This document shows positions 37,080 to 50,683 of a DNA stretch of 64,000 nucleotides, piece after piece; within the stretch, counting starts at the first letter, position 1, and each line of letters starts with the position of its first letter. The stretch covers positions 25,990,070-26,054,069 of the forward strand of contig NC_092671.1 of assembly GCF_964355755.1 (NCBI RefSeq). The letters run 5' to 3'. The notes below the pieces were generated by a model. The model was given only the letters and a program-made list of their open reading frames with translations. It did not search any database and was not told where the DNA came from. The DNA comes from Antedon mediterranea (taxonomy: Eukaryota; Animalia; Echinodermata). A program made the translations under genes and the position numbers.

Positions 37080-37098
37080 AAGTGACGTATTTGTCTTT

Positions 37099-37218
37099 AC
37101 TCTGGTTTCTCTGCATCACGCGTAAATCTTTCGCCTTTTACTAAAGATTTCCGTGTAGAGGAACAACTATTGAGTTTTAACTCAATTTTTCTCAACCCTT
37201 GTTTTTTGAACGAGGGTA
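37099..37218 (+). ncRNA. U5: U5 snRNA variant A
   Basis: U5 core; A hairpin. Confidence 0.92.
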
Positions 37219-37733
37219 ATTATGAAGTGTTAATGTCAGAAATGTAATTATTATCAAGACAGGCTACGAGTTATACATTTATATTCAAATGTGATTTTTA
37301 GAATACACTATACTTGGTCATAATGACAGTACCCGTTTATGATGTGATTTTTTTTATTGAAATCCTAGGCCTAACGAATTACTAATAATTAAATAATGAT
37401 AATTCAATTGTTTTCAACACACTATTGTACCGTATTTCATTGAACGCTGTGTTACGTAACAACAAACGCGATTATCAACTTTAATAACTATTTCAAATAT
37501 GCAAATGAAGGCATGGTTTTTGTACTTTTTTTCAATGGTTAGTCAATATTTACGTTACTATTTTTTTTAAATAATAGTTTAATTTATATTACGGGACTTT
37601 GGATTTGTGGTGCTAAAAACTCCAAAACAGGTTCACCATTGTTTCTAACTTTTGTTGATAACACACACTATTTCAAACCTACTTATTTCGATAGGTAATT
37701 GTATACATATACCGTTGTCGCATGTTTTTCTTT

Positions 37734-37852
37734 ACTCTGGTTTCTCGGAATCACGCATATGTCTTTCGCCTTTTACTAAAGATTTCCGTGTAGAGGAACA
37801 ACTATTGAGTTTCTACTCAATTTTTCTCAACCCTTGTATCTCTATAAGGGTA
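37734..37852 (+). ncRNA. U5: U5 snRNA variant B, stem mutations (possible pseudogene)
   Basis: CTCGGAATC and ATATGTCTTT substitutions disrupt stems Ib and Ic. Confidence 0.75.
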
Positions 37853-38691
37853 ATTTATGAAATTAAGAATAGAATAAATAAATATTTTTATTAAGTAGGC
37901 CTATACAAAATATTTACTCGCATACAGCTCAGGAAAAGGTTGGTGATTTGACTAGAGTTCCACGTGAGGAGTACCTGTGGTGTAGGCTTAAGTACTCACT
38001 TTTTAACATTGTTTATATAATTTGGTGAGGGTGGGATTACCAGTAAAGCTTGGTTCCCACTCGCAACGTAATTGATTTGACCAATCATAAGCGATGGATT
38101 ATTCGAACAGTAGTTTGTCATCATTGGTCAACTCGCTTGCGTTGCACGTACGAAGGTAAATAAATTAATGTCATTGTTGGTATGGTAGTGTGGCAACTCG
38201 TTGGTACGAGCAACGCATGTACGCACCACGCAGAAATTACGGACGCACATGAAATCTTAAGCACGCAACAACACGATCGGCGAAAACTTAAAATAATTGA
38301 GAATTTCAAGAAAGCTTTGCCATCGATACTAAATATCAAGAAAGAGAATAATACATTGTTGCAATGGACTATTCAGTCGTAATTATTTTGTCATTTTGTT
38401 AAAACTCTGTCTTAAATTTTACGAAATGGCAGCAAAATTGTCACCTGGAAAAATTAATTTGAATACGCAAATAATTAGCATTGTTTCAACAGTTTTCAAC
38501 TTGAAATATTTTAACTACAATTAGGCCTATTCTTCTTACTATTAACAAGTTTAACACTTTTTGTTATGCTATATTTAGTTTATCTTACAACGCTTTTAAA
38601 ATCTCTTACAATATCAGTTGGTTAATAACCAACACCTATGTATTGCGATGTGGAATGACATACATATACTGTAAGTGACGTATTTGTCTTT

Positions 38692-38811
38692 ACTCTGGTT
38701 TCTCTGCATCACGCATAAATCTTTCGCCTTTTACTAAAGATTTCCGTGTAGAGGAACAACTATTGAGTTTTAACTCAATTTTTCTCAACCCTTGTTTTTT
38801 GAACGAGGGTA
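38692..38811 (+). ncRNA. U5: U5 snRNA variant A
   Basis: U5 core; A hairpin. Confidence 0.92.
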
Positions 38812-39324
38812 ATTATGAAGTGTTCATGTCAGAAATGTAATTATTATCAAGACAGGCTACGAGATATACATCTATATTCAAATGTGATTTGTAGAATACA
38901 CTTTATTTGGTCATAATGGCAGTATCCGTTATGATATAATTTTTTTTATTGAAATCATAGGCCTAACACATTACAAATAATTAAGTAATGATAATTTAAT
39001 AGTTTTCAACACACTATTGTACCGTATTTCATTGAACGCTGTGTTACGTAACAACAAACGTGATTATCAACTTCAATAACTATTTCAAATATGCAAATGA
39101 AGGCATGATTTTTGTACTTTTTTGCAATGGTTATTCAATATTTACGTTACTATTTTTTTTTATAATAGTTTAATTTATTTTACGGGACTTTGGATTTGTG
39201 GTGCTAAAAACTCCAAAACAGGTTCACCATATTTTCTAACTTTTGTTAATAATACACACTATTTCAAACCTATTTATTTCGATAGGTAATTGCATACATA
39301 TACTGTTGTCGCATGTTTTTCTTC

Positions 39325-39443
39325 ACTCTGGTTTCTCTGCATCACGCATAAATCTTTCGCCTTTTACTAAAGATTTCCGTGTAGAGGAACAACTATTGAG
39401 TTTTAACTCAATTTTTCTCAACCCTTGTATCTCTATAAGGGTA
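39325..39443 (+). ncRNA. U5: U5 snRNA variant B
   Basis: U5 core; B hairpin. Confidence 0.92.
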
Positions 39444-40545
39444 ATTTATGAAATTAAGAATAGAATAAATAAATATTTTTATTAATTAGGCCTATACAAA
39501 ATATTTACTGGCATACAGCTCAGGAAAAGGTCGGTGATTTGACTAGAGTACAACGTGAGGAGGACCTGTGGTGTAGGCTTAAGTACTCACTTTTTTATAT
39601 TTTTTATACAATTTGGTGAGGATGGGATTAGCCTACCAGTAAAGCTTGGTTCCCACTTGCAACGTAAGTGATTTGACCAATCATAAGCGATGGATTATTC
39701 GAACAGTAGCTTGTCATTGGTCAACTCGCTTGCATTGCACGTACATCCTTGTGTTGCGTCTCTAGTGAGAACCACGCTTTAGTGAAAGTTCTATCCTATA
39801 TGTTGTATGCCTACATACTTTATTTTGGAATCATTGTAGAGGTCTAACATTAATATGCTGTAAATCAACGGCTCAATGTAAATTGTAAAACCTACCATCG
39901 GCATGACATCAACTTTGTTTGATCTCCGCCAGAAAATCTTAAGAATTCGCTTTAACTTTCTAATTTTTGTAAAAAGTACTTGTCGAGCAGCAAAAGCAAT
40001 ACAGAATGTAAATACATTAATGTTATTGTTGGTATGGTAGGTGTGGCAACTCGTTGGTACGAGCAACGCATGTACGCACCACGCAGAAATTGCGCGACGC
40101 ACATTAAATCTTAAGCACGCAACAACACGATCGGTGAAAACTTAAAATAATTGGGAATTTCAAGAAAGCTTTGCGATTGATACTAAATATCAAGAAAGAG
40201 AATAATACATTGTTGCAATGGACTATTCAGTCGTAATTATTTTGTCATTTTGTTAAAACTCTGTCTTAAATTTTACGAAATGGCAGCAAAATTGTTACCT
40301 GGAAAAATTTATTTGAATACGCAAATAATTAGCATTGTTTCAACAGTTTTCAACTTGAAATATTTTAACTACAATTAGGCCTATTCTTCTTACTATTAAC
40401 AAGTTTAACACTTTTTGTAATGCTATATTTAGTTTATCTTACAACGCTTTTAAAATCTCTTACAATATCAGTTGGTTAATAACCAACACCTATGTATTGC
40501 GATGTGGAATGACATACATATACTGTAAGTGACGTATTTGTCTTT

Positions 40546-40662
40546 ACTCTGGTTTCTCTGCGTCACGCATAAATCTTTCGCCTTTTACTAAAGATTTCCG
40601 TGTAGAGGAACAACTATTGAGTTTCAACTCAATTTTTCTCAACCCTTGTACCTCTAAGGGTA
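40546..40662 (+). ncRNA. U5: U5 snRNA chimera (A upstream region, B 3' end with 2-nt deletion)
   Basis: A-type upstream; CCTTGTACCTCTAAGGGT 3' end. Confidence 0.87.
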
Positions 40663-40694
40663 ATTTATGAAATTAAGAATAGAATAAATAAATA

Positions 40695-40848
40695 CATAAT
40701 ATAAAAATAACGCTTAAAAGAGAACGACGTTTCGACTCCATCATGGGGTCATTATCAAGTCCAATGATTCATTGGACTTGATAATGACCCCATGATGGAG
40801 TCGAAACGTCGTTCTCTTTTAAGCGTTATTTTTATATTATGTATTTAC
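40695..40848. mobile_element. Penelope-like inverted pLTR fragment forming a perfect palindrome with a hammerhead-like motif
   Basis: 79-bp arms around one base (40689-40847); 12-bp TSD AATAAATAAATA; CTTGATAAT-GACCCCATGATGGAGTC-GAAACGTCG. Confidence 0.72.
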
Positions 40849-41667
40849 AATAAATAAATATTTTTATTAAGTAGGCCTATACAAAATATTTACTCGCATA
40901 CAGCTCAGGAAAAGGTTGGTGATTTGACTAGAGTTCCACGTGAGGAGTACCTGTGGTGTAGGCTTAAGTACTCACTTTTTAACATTGTTTATATAATTTG
41001 GTGAGGGTGGGATTACCAGTAAAGCTTGGTTCCCACTCGCAACGTAATTGATTTGACCAATCATAAGCGATGGATTGTTCGAACAGTAGTTTGTCATCAT
41101 TGGTCAACTCGCTTGCGTTGCACGTACGAAGGTAAATAAATTAATGTTATTGTTGGTATGGTAGTGTGGCAACTCGTTGGTACGAGCAACGCATGTACGC
41201 ACCACGCAGAAATTACGGACGCACATAAAATCTTAAGCACGCAACAACACGATCGGCGAAAACTTAAAATAATTGAGAATTTCAAGAAAGCTTTGCGATC
41301 GATACTAAATATCAAGAAAGAGAATAATACATTGTTGTAATGGACTATTCAGTCGTAATTATTTTGTCATTTTGTTAAAACTCTGTCTTAAATTTTACGA
41401 AATGGCAGCAAAATTGTCACCTGGAAAAATTAATTTGAATACGCAAATAATTAGCATTGTTTCAACAGTTTTCAACTTGAAATATTTTAACTACAATTAG
41501 GCCTATTCTTCTTACTATTAACAAGTTTAACACTTTTTGTTATGCTATATTTAGTTTATCTTACAACGCTTTTAAAATCTCTTACAATATCAGTTGGTTA
41601 ATAACCAACACCTATGTATTGCGATGTGGAATGACATACATATACTGTAAGTGACGTATTTGTCTTT

Positions 41668-41787
41668 ACTCTGGTTTCTCTGCATCACGCATAAATCTTT
41701 CGCCTTTTACTAAAGATTTCCGTGTAGAGGAACAACTATTGAGTTTTAACTCAATTTTTCTCAACCCTTGTTTTTTGAACGAGGGTA
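41668..41787 (+). ncRNA. U5: U5 snRNA variant A
   Basis: U5 core; A hairpin. Confidence 0.92.
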
Positions 41788-42294
41788 ATTATGAAGTGTC
41801 AGAAATGTAATTATTATCAAGACAGGCTACGAGATATACATCTATATTCAAATGTTATTTGTAGAATACACTTGATTTGGTCATAATGGCAGTATCCGTT
41901 ATGATATAATTTTTTTTATTGAAATCATAGACCTAACACATTACAAATAATTAAGTAATGATAATTTAATAGTTTTCAACACACTATTGTACCGTATTTC
42001 ATTGAACGCTGTGTTACGTAACAACAAACGCGATTATCAACTTCAATAACTATTTCAAATATGCAAATGAAGGCATGATTTTTGTACTTTTTTGCAATGG
42101 TTATTCAATATTTACGTTACTATTTTTTTTTATAATAGTTTAATTTATTTTACGGGACTTTGGATTTGTGGTGCTAAAAACTCCAAAACAGGTTCACCAT
42201 ATTTTCTAACTTTTGTTAATAATACACACTATTTCAAACCTATTTATTTCGATAGGTAATTGCATACATATACTGTTGTCGCATGTTTTTCTTC

Positions 42295-42413
42295 ACTCTG
42301 GTTTCTCTGCATCACGCATAAATCTTTCGCCTTTTACTAAAGATTTCCGTGTAGAGGAACAACTATTGAGTTTTAACTCAATTTTTCTCAACCCTTGTAT
42401 CTCTATAAGGGTA
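42295..42413 (+). ncRNA. U5: U5 snRNA variant B
   Basis: U5 core; B hairpin. Confidence 0.92.
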
Positions 42414-43515
42414 ATTTATGAAATTAAGAATAGAATAAATAAATATTTTTATTAATTAGGCCTATACAAAATATTTACTGGCATACAGCTCAGGAAAAGG
42501 TCGGTGATTTTACTAGAGTACAACGTGAGGAGGACCTGTGGTGTAGGCTTAAGTACTCACTTTTTTATATTTTTCATACAATTTGGTGAGGATGGGATTA
42601 GCCGACCAGTAAAGCTTGGTTCCCACTTGCAACGTAAGTGATTTGACCAATCATAAGCGATGGATTATTCGAACAGTAGCTTGTCATTGGTCAACTCGCT
42701 TGCATTGCACGTACATCCTTGTGTTGCGTCTCTAGTGAGAACCACGCTTTAGTGAAAGTTCTATCCTATATGTTGTATGCCTACATACTTTATTTTGGAA
42801 TCATTGTAGAGGTCTAACATTAATATGCTGTAAATCAACGGCTCAATGTAAATTGTAAAACCTACCATCGGCATGACATCAACTTTGTTTGATCTCCGCC
42901 AGAAAATCTTAAGAATTCGCTTTAACTTTCTAATTTTTGTAAAAAGTACTTGTCGAGCAGCAAAAGCAATACAGAATGTAAATACATTAATGTTATTGTT
43001 GGTATGGTAGGTGTGGCAACTCGTTGGTACGAGCAACGCATGTACGCACCACGCAGAAATTGCGCGACGCACATTAAATCTTAAGTACGCAACAACACGA
43101 TCGGTGAAAACTTAAAATAATTGGGAATTTCAAGAAAGCTTTGCGATTGATACTAAATATCAAGAAAGAGAATAATACATTGTTGCAATGGACTATTCAG
43201 TCGTAATTATTTTGTCATTTTGTTAAAACTCTGTCTTAAATTTTACGAAATGGCAGCAAAATTGTTACCTGGAAAAATTTATTTGAATACGCAAATAATT
43301 AGCATTGTTTCAACAGTTTTCAACTTGAAATATTTTAACTACAATTAGGCCTATTCTTCTTACTATTAACAAGTTTAACACTTTTTGTAATGCTATATTT
43401 AGTTTATCTTACAACGCTTTTAAAATCTCTTACAATATCAGTTGGTTAATAACCAACACCTATGTATTGCGATGTGGAATGACATACATATACTGTAAGT
43501 GACGTATTTGTTTTT

Positions 43516-43635
43516 ACTCTTGTTTCTCTGCATCACGCATAAATCTTTCGCCTTTTACTAAAGATTTCCGTGTAGAGGAACAACTATTGAGTTTTAACTC
43601 AATTTTTCTCAACCCTTGTGTTTTGAACGAGGGTA
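43516..43635 (+). ncRNA. U5: U5 snRNA variant A (ACTCTTG sub-variant)
   Basis: U5 core; A hairpin. Confidence 0.9.
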
Positions 43636-44150
43636 ATTATGAAGTGTTAATGTCAGAAATGTAATTATTATCAAGACAGGCTACGAGATATACATTTATA
43701 TTCAAATGTGATTTTTAGAATACACTTTATTTGGTCATAATGACAGTACCCGTTTATGATGTGATTTTTTTTATTGAAATCCTAGGCCTAACGAATTACT
43801 AATAATTAAATAATGATAATTTAATTGTTTTCAACACACTATTGTACCGTATTTCATTGAACGCTGTGTTACGTAACAACAAACGCGATTATCAACTTTA
43901 ATAACTATTTCAAATATGCAAATGAAGTCATGGTTTTTGTACTTTTTTACAATGGTTAGTCAATATTTACGTTACTATTTTTTTTTTATAATAGTTTAAT
44001 TTATATTACGGGACTTTGGATTTGTGGTGCTAAAAACTTCAAAACAGGTTCACCATATTTTCTAACTTTTGTTAATAATACACACTATTTCAAACCTATT
44101 TATTTCGATAGGTAATTGCATACATATACCGTTGTCGCATGTTCTTCTTC

Positions 44151-44269
44151 ACTCTGGTTTCTCTGCATCACGCATAAATCTTTCGCCTTTTACTAAAGAT
44201 TTCCGTGTAGAGGAACAACTATTGAGTTTTAACTCAATTTTTCTCAACCCTTGTACCTCTATAAGGGTA
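44151..44269 (+). ncRNA. U5: U5 snRNA variant B
   Basis: U5 core; B hairpin. Confidence 0.92.
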
Positions 44270-45095
44270 ATTTATGAAATTAAGAATAGAATAAATAAAT
44301 ATTTTTATTAATTAGGCCTATACAAAATATTTACTGGCATACAGCTCAGGAAAAGGTCGGTGATTTGACTAGAGTTCCACGTGAGGAATACCTGTGGTGT
44401 AGGCTTAAGTACTCACTTTTTAACATTGTTTATATAATTTGGTGAGGGTGGGATTACCAGTAAAGCTTGGTTCCCACTCGCAACGTAATTGATTTGACCA
44501 ATCATAAGCGATGGATTATTCGAACAGTAGTTTGTCATCATTGGTCAACTCGCTTGCGTTGCACGTACGAAGGTAAATAAATTAATGTTATTGTTGGTAT
44601 GATAGTGTGGCAACTCGTTGGTACGAGCAACACGCAGAAATTACGGACGCACATGAAATCTTAAGCACGCAACAACACGATCGGCGAAAACTTAAAATAA
44701 TTGAGAATTTCAAGAAAGCTTTGCGATCGATACTAAATATTAAGAAAGAGAATAATACATTGTTGCAATGGACTATTCAGTCGTAATTATTTTGTCATTT
44801 TGTTAAAACTCTGTCTTAAATTTTACGAAATGGCAGCAAAATTGTCACCTTGAAAAATTAATTTGTATACGCAAATAATTAGCATTGTTTCAACAGTTTT
44901 CAACTTGAAATATTTTAACTACAATTAGGCCTATTCTTCTTACTATTAAAAAGTTTAACACTTTTTGTAATGCTATATTTAGTTTATCTTACAACGCTTT
45001 TAAAATCTCTTACAATATCAGTTGGTTAATAACCAACACCTATGTATTGCGATGTGGAATGACATACATATACTGTAAGTGACGTATTTGACTTT

Positions 45096-45215
45096 ACTCT
45101 GGTTTCTCTGCATCACGTGTAAATCTTTCGCCTTTTACTAAAGATTTCCGTGTAGAGGAACAACTATTGAGTTTTAACTCAATTTTTCTCAACCCTTTTT
45201 TTTTGAACGAGGGTA
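45096..45215 (+). ncRNA. U5: U5 snRNA variant A (CACGTGT, T9 sub-variant)
   Basis: U5 core; hairpin G>T change gives a T-run. Confidence 0.87.
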
Positions 45216-46191
45216 ATTATGAAGTGTTAATGTCAGAAATGTAATTATTTTCAAGACAGGCTACGAGATATACATCTATATTCAAATGTGATTTGTAGAA
45301 TACACTTTATTTGGTCATAATGGCAGTATCCGTTATGATATAATTTTTTTTATTGAAATCATAGGCCTAACACATTACAAATAATTAAGTAAAGATAATT
45401 TAATTGTTTTCAACACACTATTGTACCGTATTTCATTGAACGCTGTGTTACGTAACAACAAACGCGATTATCAACTTCAATAACTATTTCAAATATGCAA
45501 ATGAAGGCATGATTTTTGTACTTTTTTGCAATGGTTATTCAATATTTACGTTACTATTCCCACTCGCAACGTAATTGATTTGACCAATCATAAGCGATGG
45601 ATTATTCGAACAGTAGCTTGTCATCATTGGTCAACTCGCTTGCGTTGCACGTACGAAGGTAAATAAATTAATGTTATTGTTGGTATGATAGTGTGGCAAC
45701 TCGTTGGTACGAGCAACGCATGTACGCACCACGCAGAAATTACGGACGCACATGAAATCTTAAGCACGCAACAACACCATCGGCGAAAACTTAAAATAAT
45801 TGAGAATTTCAAGAAAGCTTTGCGATCGATACTAAATATCAAGAAAGAGAATAATACATTGTTGCAATGGACTATTCAGTCGTAATTATTTTGTCATTTT
45901 GTTAAAACTCTGTCTTAAATTTTACGAAATGGCAGCAAAATTGTCACCTGGAAAAATTAATTTGAATACGCAAATAATTAGCGTTGTTTCAACAGTTTTC
46001 AACTTGAAATATTTTAACTACAATTATTCTTCTTACTATTAACAAGTTTAACACTTTTTGTTATGCTATATTTAGTTTATCTTACAACGCTTTTAAAATC
46101 TCTAACAATATCAGTTGGTTAATAACCAACACCTATGTATTGCGATGTGGAATGACATACATATTATACTGTAAGTGACGTATTTGTCTTT

Positions 46192-46311
46192 ACTCTGGTT
46201 TCTCTGCATCACGCATAAATCTTTCGCCTTTTACTAAAGATTTCCGTGTAGAGGAACAACTATTGAGTTTTAACTCAATTTTTCTCAACCCTTGTTTTTT
46301 GAACGAGGGTA
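46192..46311 (+). ncRNA. U5: U5 snRNA variant A
   Basis: U5 core; 3-bp insertion in the upstream motif. Confidence 0.9.
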
Positions 46312-47613
46312 ATTATAAAGTGTTAATGTCAGAAATGTAATTATTATCAAGACAGGCTACGAGATATACATCTATATTCAAATGTGATTTGTAGAATACA
46401 CTTTATTTGGTCATAATGGCAGTATCCGTTATGATATATTTTTTTTTATTGAAATCATAGGCCTAACACATTACAAATAATTAAGTAATGATAATTTAAT
46501 TGTTTTCAACACACTATTGTACCGTATTTCATTGAACGCTGTGTTACGTAACAACAAACGCGATTATCAACTTCAATAACTATTTCAAATATGCAAATGA
46601 AGGCATGATTTTTGTACTTTTGTGCAATGGTTATTCAATATTTACGTTACTATTTTTTGATATAATAGTTTAATTTATTTTACGGGACTTTGGATTTGTG
46701 ATGCTAAATACTCCAAAACAGGTTCACCATATTTTCTAACTTTTGTTAATAATACAAACTATTTCAAACCTATTTATTTCGATAGGTAATTGCATACATA
46801 TACCGTTGTCGCATGTTTTTCTTCACTCTGGTTTCTCTGCATATTTACTGGCATACAGCTCAGTAAAAGGTTGGTGATTTGACTAGAGTTCCACGTGAGG
46901 AGTACCTGTGGTGTAGGCTTAAGTACTCACTTTTTAACATTGTTTATATAATTTGGTGAGGGTGGGATTATCAGTAAAGCTTGGTTCCCACTCGCAACGT
47001 AATTGATTTGACCAATCATAAGTGATGGATTATTCGAACAGTAGCTTGTCATCATTGGTCGCGTTGCACGTACGAAGGTAAATAAATTAATGTTATTGTT
47101 GGTATGGTAGTGTGGCGACTCGTTAGTACGAGCAACGCATGTACGCACCACGCAGAAATTACGGACGCACATGAAATCTTAAGCACGCAACAACACGATC
47201 GGCGAAAACTTAAAATAATTGAGAATTTCAAGAAAGCTTTGCGATCGATACTAAATATCAAGAAAGAGAATAATACATTGTTGCAATGGACTATTCAGTC
47301 GTAATTATTTTGTCATTTTGTTAAAACTCTGTCTTAAATTTTACGAAATGGCAGCAAAATTGTCACCTTGAAAAATTAATTTGTATACGCAAATAATTAG
47401 CATTGTTTCAACAGTTTTCAACTTGAAATATTTTAACTACAATTAGGCCTATTCTTCTTACTATTAAAAAGTTTAACACTTTTTGTAATGCTATATTTAG
47501 TTTATCTTACAACGCTTTTAAAATCTCTTACAATATCAGTTGGTTAATAACCAACACCTATGTATTGCGATGTGGAATGACATACATATACTGTAAGTGA
47601 CGTATTTGACTTT

Positions 47614-47733
47614 ACTCTGGTTTCTCTGCATCACGTGTAAATCTTTCGCCTTTTACTAAAGATTTCCGTGTAGAGGAACAACTATTGAGTTTTAACTCAA
47701 TTTTTCTCAACCCTTTTTTTTTGAACGAGGGTA
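47614..47733 (+). ncRNA. U5: U5 snRNA variant A (T9 sub-variant)
   Basis: Copy of 45096, offset 2518. Confidence 0.87.
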
Positions 47734-48709
47734 ATTATGAAGTGTTAATGTCAGAAATGTAATTATTTTCAAGACAGGCTACGAGATATACATCTATATT
47801 CAAATGTGATTTGTAGAATACACTTTATTTGGTCATAATGGCAGTATCCGTTATGATATAATTTTTTTTATTGAAATCATAGGCCTAACACATTACAAAT
47901 AATTAAGTAAAGATAATTTAATTGTTTTCAACACACTATTGTACCGTATTTCATTGAACGCTGTGTTACGTAACAACAAACGCGATTATCAACTTCAAAA
48001 ACTATTTCAAATATGCAAATGAAGGCATGATTTTTGTACTTTTTTGCAATGGTTATTCAATATTTACGTTACTATTCCCACTCGCAACGTAATTGATTTG
48101 ACCAATCATAAGCGATGGATTATTCGAACAGTAGCTTGTCATCATTGGTCAACTCGCTTGCGTTGCACGTACGAAGGTAAATAAATTAATGTTATTGTTG
48201 GTATGATAGTGTGGCAACTCGTTGGTACGAGCAACGCATGTACGCACCACGCAGAAATTACGGACGCACATGAAATCTTAAGCACGCAACAACACCATCG
48301 GCGAAAACTTAAAATAATTGAGAATTTCAAGAAAGCTTTGCGATCGATACTAAATATCAAGAAAGAGAATAATACATTGTTGCAATGGACTATTCAGTCG
48401 TAATTATTTTGTCATTTTGTTAAAACTCTGTCTTAAATTTTACGAAATGGCAGCAAAATTGTCACCTGGAAAAATTAATTTGAATACGCAAATAATTAGC
48501 GTTGTTTCAACAGTTTTCAACTTGAAATATTTTAACTACAATTATTCTTCTTACTATTAACAAGTTTAACACTTTTTGTAATGCTATATTTAGTTTATCT
48601 TACAACGCTTTTAAAATCTCTAACAATATCAGTTGGTTAATAACCAACACCTATGTATTGCGATGTGGAATGACATACATATTATACTGTAAGTGACGTA
48701 TTTGTCTTT

Positions 48710-48829
48710 ACTCTGGTTTCTCTGCATCACGCATAAATCTTTCGCCTTTTACTAAAGATTTCCGTGTAGAGGAACAACTATTGAGTTTTAACTCAATTTT
48801 TCTCAACCCTTGTTTTTTGAACGAGGGTA
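48710..48829 (+). ncRNA. U5: U5 snRNA variant A
   Basis: Copy of 46192, offset 2518. Confidence 0.9.
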
Positions 48830-49342
48830 ATTATAAAGTGTTAATGTCAGAAATGTAATTATTATCAAGACAGGCTACGAGATATACATCTATATTCAAA
48901 TGTGATTTGTAGAATACACTTTATTTGGTCATAATGGCAGTATCCGTTATGATATATTTTTTTTTATTGAAATCATAGGCCTAACACATTACAAATAATT
49001 AAGTAATGATAATTTAATTGTTTTCAACACACTATTGTACCGTATTTCATTGAACGCTGTGTTACGTAACAACAAACGCGATTATCAACTTCAATAACTA
49101 TTTCAAATATGCAAATGAAGGCATGATTTTTGTACTTTTGTGCAATGGTTATTCAATATTTACGTTACTATTTTTTTTTATAATAGTTTAATTTATTTTA
49201 CGGGACTTTGGATTTGTGGTGCTAAAAACTCCAAAACAGGTTCACCATATTTTCTAACTTTTGTTAATAATACACACTATTTCAAACCTATTTATTTCGA
49301 TAGGTAATTGCATACATATACTGTTGTCGCATGTTTTTCTTC

Positions 49343-49461
49343 ACTCTGGTTTCTCTGCATCACGCATAAATCTTTCGCCTTTTACTAAAGATTTCCGTGT
49401 AGAGGAACAACTATTGAGTTTTAACTCAATTTTTCTCAACCCTTGTATCTCTATAAGGGTA
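49343..49461 (+). ncRNA. U5: U5 snRNA variant B
   Basis: Copy of 42295, offset 7048. Confidence 0.92.
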
Positions 49462-50563
49462 ATTTATGAAATTAAGAATAGAATAAATAAATATTTTTAT
49501 TAATTAGGCCTATACAAAATATTTACTGGCATACAGCTCAGGAAAAGGTCGGTGATTTTACTAGAGTACAACGTGAGGAGGACCTGTGGTGTAGGCTTAA
49601 GTACTCACTTTTTTATATTTTTCATACAATTTGGTGAGGATGGGATTAGCCGACCAGTAAAGCTTGGTTCCCACTTGCAACGTAAGTGATTTGACCAATC
49701 ATAAGCGATGGATTATTCGAACAGTAGCTTGTCATTGGTCAACTCGCTTGCATTGCACGTACATCCTTGTGTTGCGTCTCTAGTGAGAACCACGCTTTAG
49801 TGAAAGTTCTATCCTATATGTTGTATGCCTACATACTTTATTTTGGAATCATTGTAGAGGTCTAACATTAATATGCTGTAAATCAACGGCTCAATGTAAA
49901 TTGTAAAACCTACCATCGGCATGACATCAACTTTGTTTGATCTCCGCCAGAAAATCTTAAGAATTCGCTTTAACTTTCTAATTTTTGTAAAAAGTACTTG
50001 TCGAGCAGCAAAAGCAATACAGAATGTAAATACATTAATGTTATTGTTGGTATGGTAGGTGTGGCAACTCGTTGGTACGAGCAACGCATGTACGCACCAC
50101 GCAGAAATTGCGCGACGCACATTAAATCTTAAGTACGCAACAACACGATCGGTGAAAACTTAAAATAATTGGGAATTTCAAGAAAGCTTTGCGATTGATA
50201 CTAAATATCAAGAAAGAGAATAATACATTGTTGCAATGGACTATTCAGTCGTAATTATTTTGTCATTTTGTTAAAACTCTGTCTTAAATTTTACGAAATG
50301 GCAGCAAAATTGTTACCTGGAAAAATTTATTTGAATACGCAAATAATTAGCATTGTTTCAACAGTTTTCAACTTGAAATATTTTAACTACAATTAGGCCT
50401 ATTCTTCTTACTATTAACAAGTTTAACACTTTTTGTAATGCTATATTTAGTTTATCTTACAACGCTTTTAAAATCTCTTACAATATCAGTTGGTTAATAA
50501 CCAACACCTATGTATTGCGATGTGGAATGACATACATATACTGTAAGTGACGTATTTGTTTTT

Positions 50564-50683
50564 ACTCTTGTTTCTCTGCATCACGCATAAATCTTTCGCC
50601 TTTTACTAAAGATTTCCGTGTAGAGGAACAACTATTGAGTTTTAACTCAATTTTTCTCAACCCTTGTGTTTTGAACGAGGGTA
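50564..50683 (+). ncRNA. U5: U5 snRNA variant A (ACTCTTG sub-variant)
   Basis: Copy of 43516, offset 7048. Confidence 0.9.
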
